Shown here: positions 60,970 to 64,000 of the stretch, in pieces
Layout of the letters: each line of letters begins with the position of its first letter
Position numbering within the stretch: position 1 is the first letter of the stretch
Assembly: GCF_009914755.1 (NCBI RefSeq)
Contig: NC_060933.1
DNA: 64,000 bases
Reading direction: 5' to 3' (one strand)
Source of the DNA: the human T2T-CHM13v2.0 reference genome, Homo sapiens
Position numbers and translations under genes: made by a program
Notes under the pieces: model-generated
Databases searched by the model: none
The model's input: only the letters and a program-made list of their open reading frames with translations
What the model was told of the DNA's origin: nothing

Positions 60970-61639
60970 CTGAAAGACACAATCCCAGGAGTCACCAGCA
61001 GCAACCACAGACTGAGACCAGGAAGGGAAGGAAGGAGGCAGGGGCAGAATGGAGCTGCCAGGGGGTGGGGGATGGGGAGAGACAAGCTAACCTCAAGGGA
61101 GACAGGGACGGCCTGGGGCCACATCCAGCAATCTGCCCTGCCATGTCCCCTGCCTGGAGGCCCGAGGGTCTGCTCAGCCCCAGCCTGGGAAAAGCAGCCT
61201 CTGAGACAAGCGCAGGGCAGGCCCTGCCCAATCCTCCTTCTGCCCTGGCCAGGGGCTCTCTGTGGGCCTGTGTTTCTGGGACCTGCCTGGCAACAGTCTG
61301 AGGGCTGCACGTGGCCCAGGGGCTCTGAGTAGCCGCCCCATGAGGAGCCCTTCCCAGACAGAACCTGAGTGGTTTCCCGGCTGGCACACCCCTCGATCTG
61401 TATCTTGGGAATGCTGGCTGCCAGTGCACGGGGTGGCCCGCCTGCTGGCAAACCCACTGTGTGCTCTGCTGTGCTGAGATGCAGAAACAGGGAGGCCGGG
61501 GTGGCCCGGTCACAGGCGGGGCACAGCAGGCCAGAACACAGGCCTACCTGACCCTGGGCCTAATGCCACCCCACACTGCCCAGGGCCCACTGAATGAGCA
61601 TCCGTCTGACCCTGGGCGGTCGCCGCGGCTGCTCATTAC

Positions 61640-61785
61640 CTTGACTGACATGGCTGCCACTCTCCACCAGCGGGCCCTGGGGGTCGTGTGTGTCCTCGCC
61701 CCATGCTGGCCTCGGAGGCTGCTGGTGACCATCTGCATCGGAGGTTGTCTGGGGTGGCGTCACATCCTGCTGCTCAGTGGGAGGG
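61640..61785 (-). CDS. CCDC187: CCDC187 exon (PPTEQQDVTPPQTTSDADGHQQPP...SHVSQ)
   Basis: GTGCAG| and AAG|GTAATG; 146 nt; phase 2 to 1. Confidence 0.68.
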
Positions 61786-63831
61786 CTGCACGGCCATGCA
61801 GAGTGGAGGTGACCGCCCGCCCGGCTGCCCCTTCCCAGGTGTCCAGCCCTGGCCACAACCTCCACCAGCACCCTCTCCCTGGGAACAACCTCATGTCACA
61901 TCCAGGGATGGCTGTGGTCAGTGGCCAAGCAGAAGACGGGACTGTGACCCCCTCACCCAGGCAAGGTGGGTGGGAGAGGCCTGTGTCTCCCCAGCATGTG
62001 GCCCCTTGAGACTTCTGCCTGGAGATGGACTGTCCCTCCCAGGTGCACATGCTGGGCCCCCGAGAATCACGGTGCCACCCCAGGCCTGCACTGACCTCCA
62101 GGCACCCCCCCATCTGACTCTGCCTGGGTCACACTGCTGGGGTGGCAAGAAAACTCCTGCTGTCTCAGGTGCCTGCCCGGCGACACGTCGTCTGCCTCCC
62201 TTTCTCCCCCGGGCACCTGCCACATCTGGGCACAGCTTGTTGCCTCCACCCAAGGGTGCCCCTGAGCATTTCCCCCCGGATTCACAGATGGTCCAGGGTG
62301 AGCAGGAGGTTCAGAGGAGGGTGGCCCTAAGGGCCTGGAAACCCTGTATCCCAAGGTAGATGCAGCTGAGGGGCTGCAGCCCGCACTCTCGCTGGGGCAG
62401 CAATGGGAGGGCATCTTGACGCCAGTGTGTGCCCCACACAGGCTCTGGAGGGAGACAGGGCAGTGCCTCCAGGGCCCGGCACTCAGCCCACAAAGCAGAC
62501 CAAGGCACTGTGCTCTTAGAGCCGCCCCAGAAACAGAACAGGCTGAATAAAAATGGGAACAGGAACCCCCATGTCCTAAAGGATTCATTCCCCTCCCCTA
62601 CACCCTCCTCGGCACGCGGCGTCTCAGGCCAGGACCCCACAGCAGCTCCATCTGCTCTGTCCAGCTTCTTCCTCACTCCCGTGGGAGTGCTCATAGACAC
62701 ACCCCGACCCCAAGGTGCCCAGCTCACAGCTGAGCTTCTCTCGAACGGCCCAATGAAGGAGGGAAGCGCACCTGCTCCCGTGTGGCAGGACCCCCAGCAA
62801 AACACCGCAGGCGAGCTTCTCGTGGGTAGGCTCCCAGGGAGCCGAAGTTTTCTCTGTGAATACCTCACTTTTCTCTATTTTCTAGCTGTGGACAGTGCTA
62901 CACATCGCTGGTGTGACAAGCCGAGCATAGGGTGTACCCCTCCGCCAGGAGGGTGGGCTGACACCCATGCTGGGGTCCAGGTCTGCAACCATACATGTAC
63001 CGGCCCCTCCCCTCCAGCCCTATAAGCAAACCCTGGGGGACCAAGGGGCGGTATTTGGCCTGGAAGCCTCTTCAGAGATTCCTGGGACTGGCAACTGGTT
63101 GCAATGTGAATGACAGATCAGTCTGTGCCCAGGTTTATTTGAAAGCTTCAGGAGGAGGCACGGAGCCAATGGCCGAGCCTGAGTGGCCAGCAACTCCCCT
63201 CACTGCAGAGGCCCCTCTGGGCTGGGAAAGAGCCTCAGGACGCTCCCCCAGGCAGACAGGGGCCTCCAAAGGCTGCTCCCCCGGGTCTGCGCTGCCCCCC
63301 GCTTTCTGCTTCGAGGGGTTCTGTGATAGAGTCTTGAGGGCTGCTGGCCCTGGGGGCCTGAGCTCAAAGGAGAGAAGGCCTCCTCGGCCCTCCAGGGCCA
63401 TTTCGAGCCCGGAAAGAAGAGCTGTTCCCAGCATCAGGAAGCCGGGAGGCTCTTGATGGGAAAAACAGCTCCTCCTCCCATGGCCAGGCTCTCGGGCAGC
63501 GGCCAGGCTCTCGGGCAGGTGACCCTGGTCATCACTCCCCCTCCCCTGCTCCATGGGGACAGTCCAGGCAGAGCCCTGGTGCCCTTTAATGAGGCGCTTT
63601 TGTTGCAAACCAAAGCCAACGGCCATACGGCCAAGCCTCAGAGAAGGTTGAGCTGCCACCGGCCGGCAGAACAGCCCCCAGCCACCCTGGGAGGGGATGC
63701 CCAGGGCTACACGTGCCACCCCGGCCCCTGAGCCAGGCTCGTCCACCGGCCACCCGGGGCAGAAAAGGCTTCTCAGGGGAACATCAGGGTCCAGACCCCG
63801 ACCCCCGACCCCCTAAGACCAACCAACTCAC

Positions 63832-63983
63832 CGCGTGGCCTTTGAGCTTGCGGGGCTGCTCTGGGGGCGATGGCTGGTGGAGCTGCTGGGCCTGCATGGG
63901 GTCAGGGGACACAGGGAGGCCTCTGGCTGCTGGCTTGTCTCTGAGCCTCCCTCCCAGGCGGCCTTGACTTTGGGGCTGGAACC
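63832..63983 (-). CDS. CCDC187: CCDC187 exon (GSSPKVKAAWEGGSETSQQPEASLCP...SKATR)
   Basis: TTTCTTACAG| and CG|GTGAGT; 152 nt; open in phase 0 to 2. The gene continues beyond the right edge. Confidence 0.72.
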
Positions 63984-64000
63984 CTGTAAGAAATGGTGCA

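Noticed and set aside
63135-63746. 203-aa minus-strand ORF as a CCDC187 exon
   Set aside because: Its frame does not match the phase-2 upstream exon at the plausible acceptor. A different, shorter frame is proposed instead.

Overview
This window is primate (almost certainly human) genomic DNA from the GC-rich, Alu-containing 9q34.3 LHX3-QSOX2-CCDC187 locus. All three genes lie head-to-tail on the minus strand. (1) LHX3, a LIM-homeodomain transcription factor: alternative first exons 1a and 1b and exons 2-5 are present, while exon 6 is off the left edge. (2) QSOX2 is complete: 12 exons that I joined by splice sites into 2097 nt (698 aa + stop), including one GC-AG intron. (3) The 3' end of a large low-complexity gene that I identify as CCDC187: 8 phase-consistent exons plus a ~3.5 kb 3'UTR. 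Interspersed are Alus, a Tigger2 DNA transposon, a MER4-group solo LTR, MLT1 LTRs, MIRs and several VNTRs. Most listed ORFs are GC-rich or repeat artefacts. I found no evidence of a wholly new multi-gene system. The best leads are an apparently decayed C-terminal coding tail in the CCDC187 3'UTR, a 56-bp duplication giving QSOX2 exon 2 a second (poison) donor, a CACCTG/CAG|GT-dense VNTR, two RE1/REST sites at LHX3, two stop-free in-frame introns, candidate intronic polyadenylation isoforms and a HOX/CDX/TCF motif cluster.
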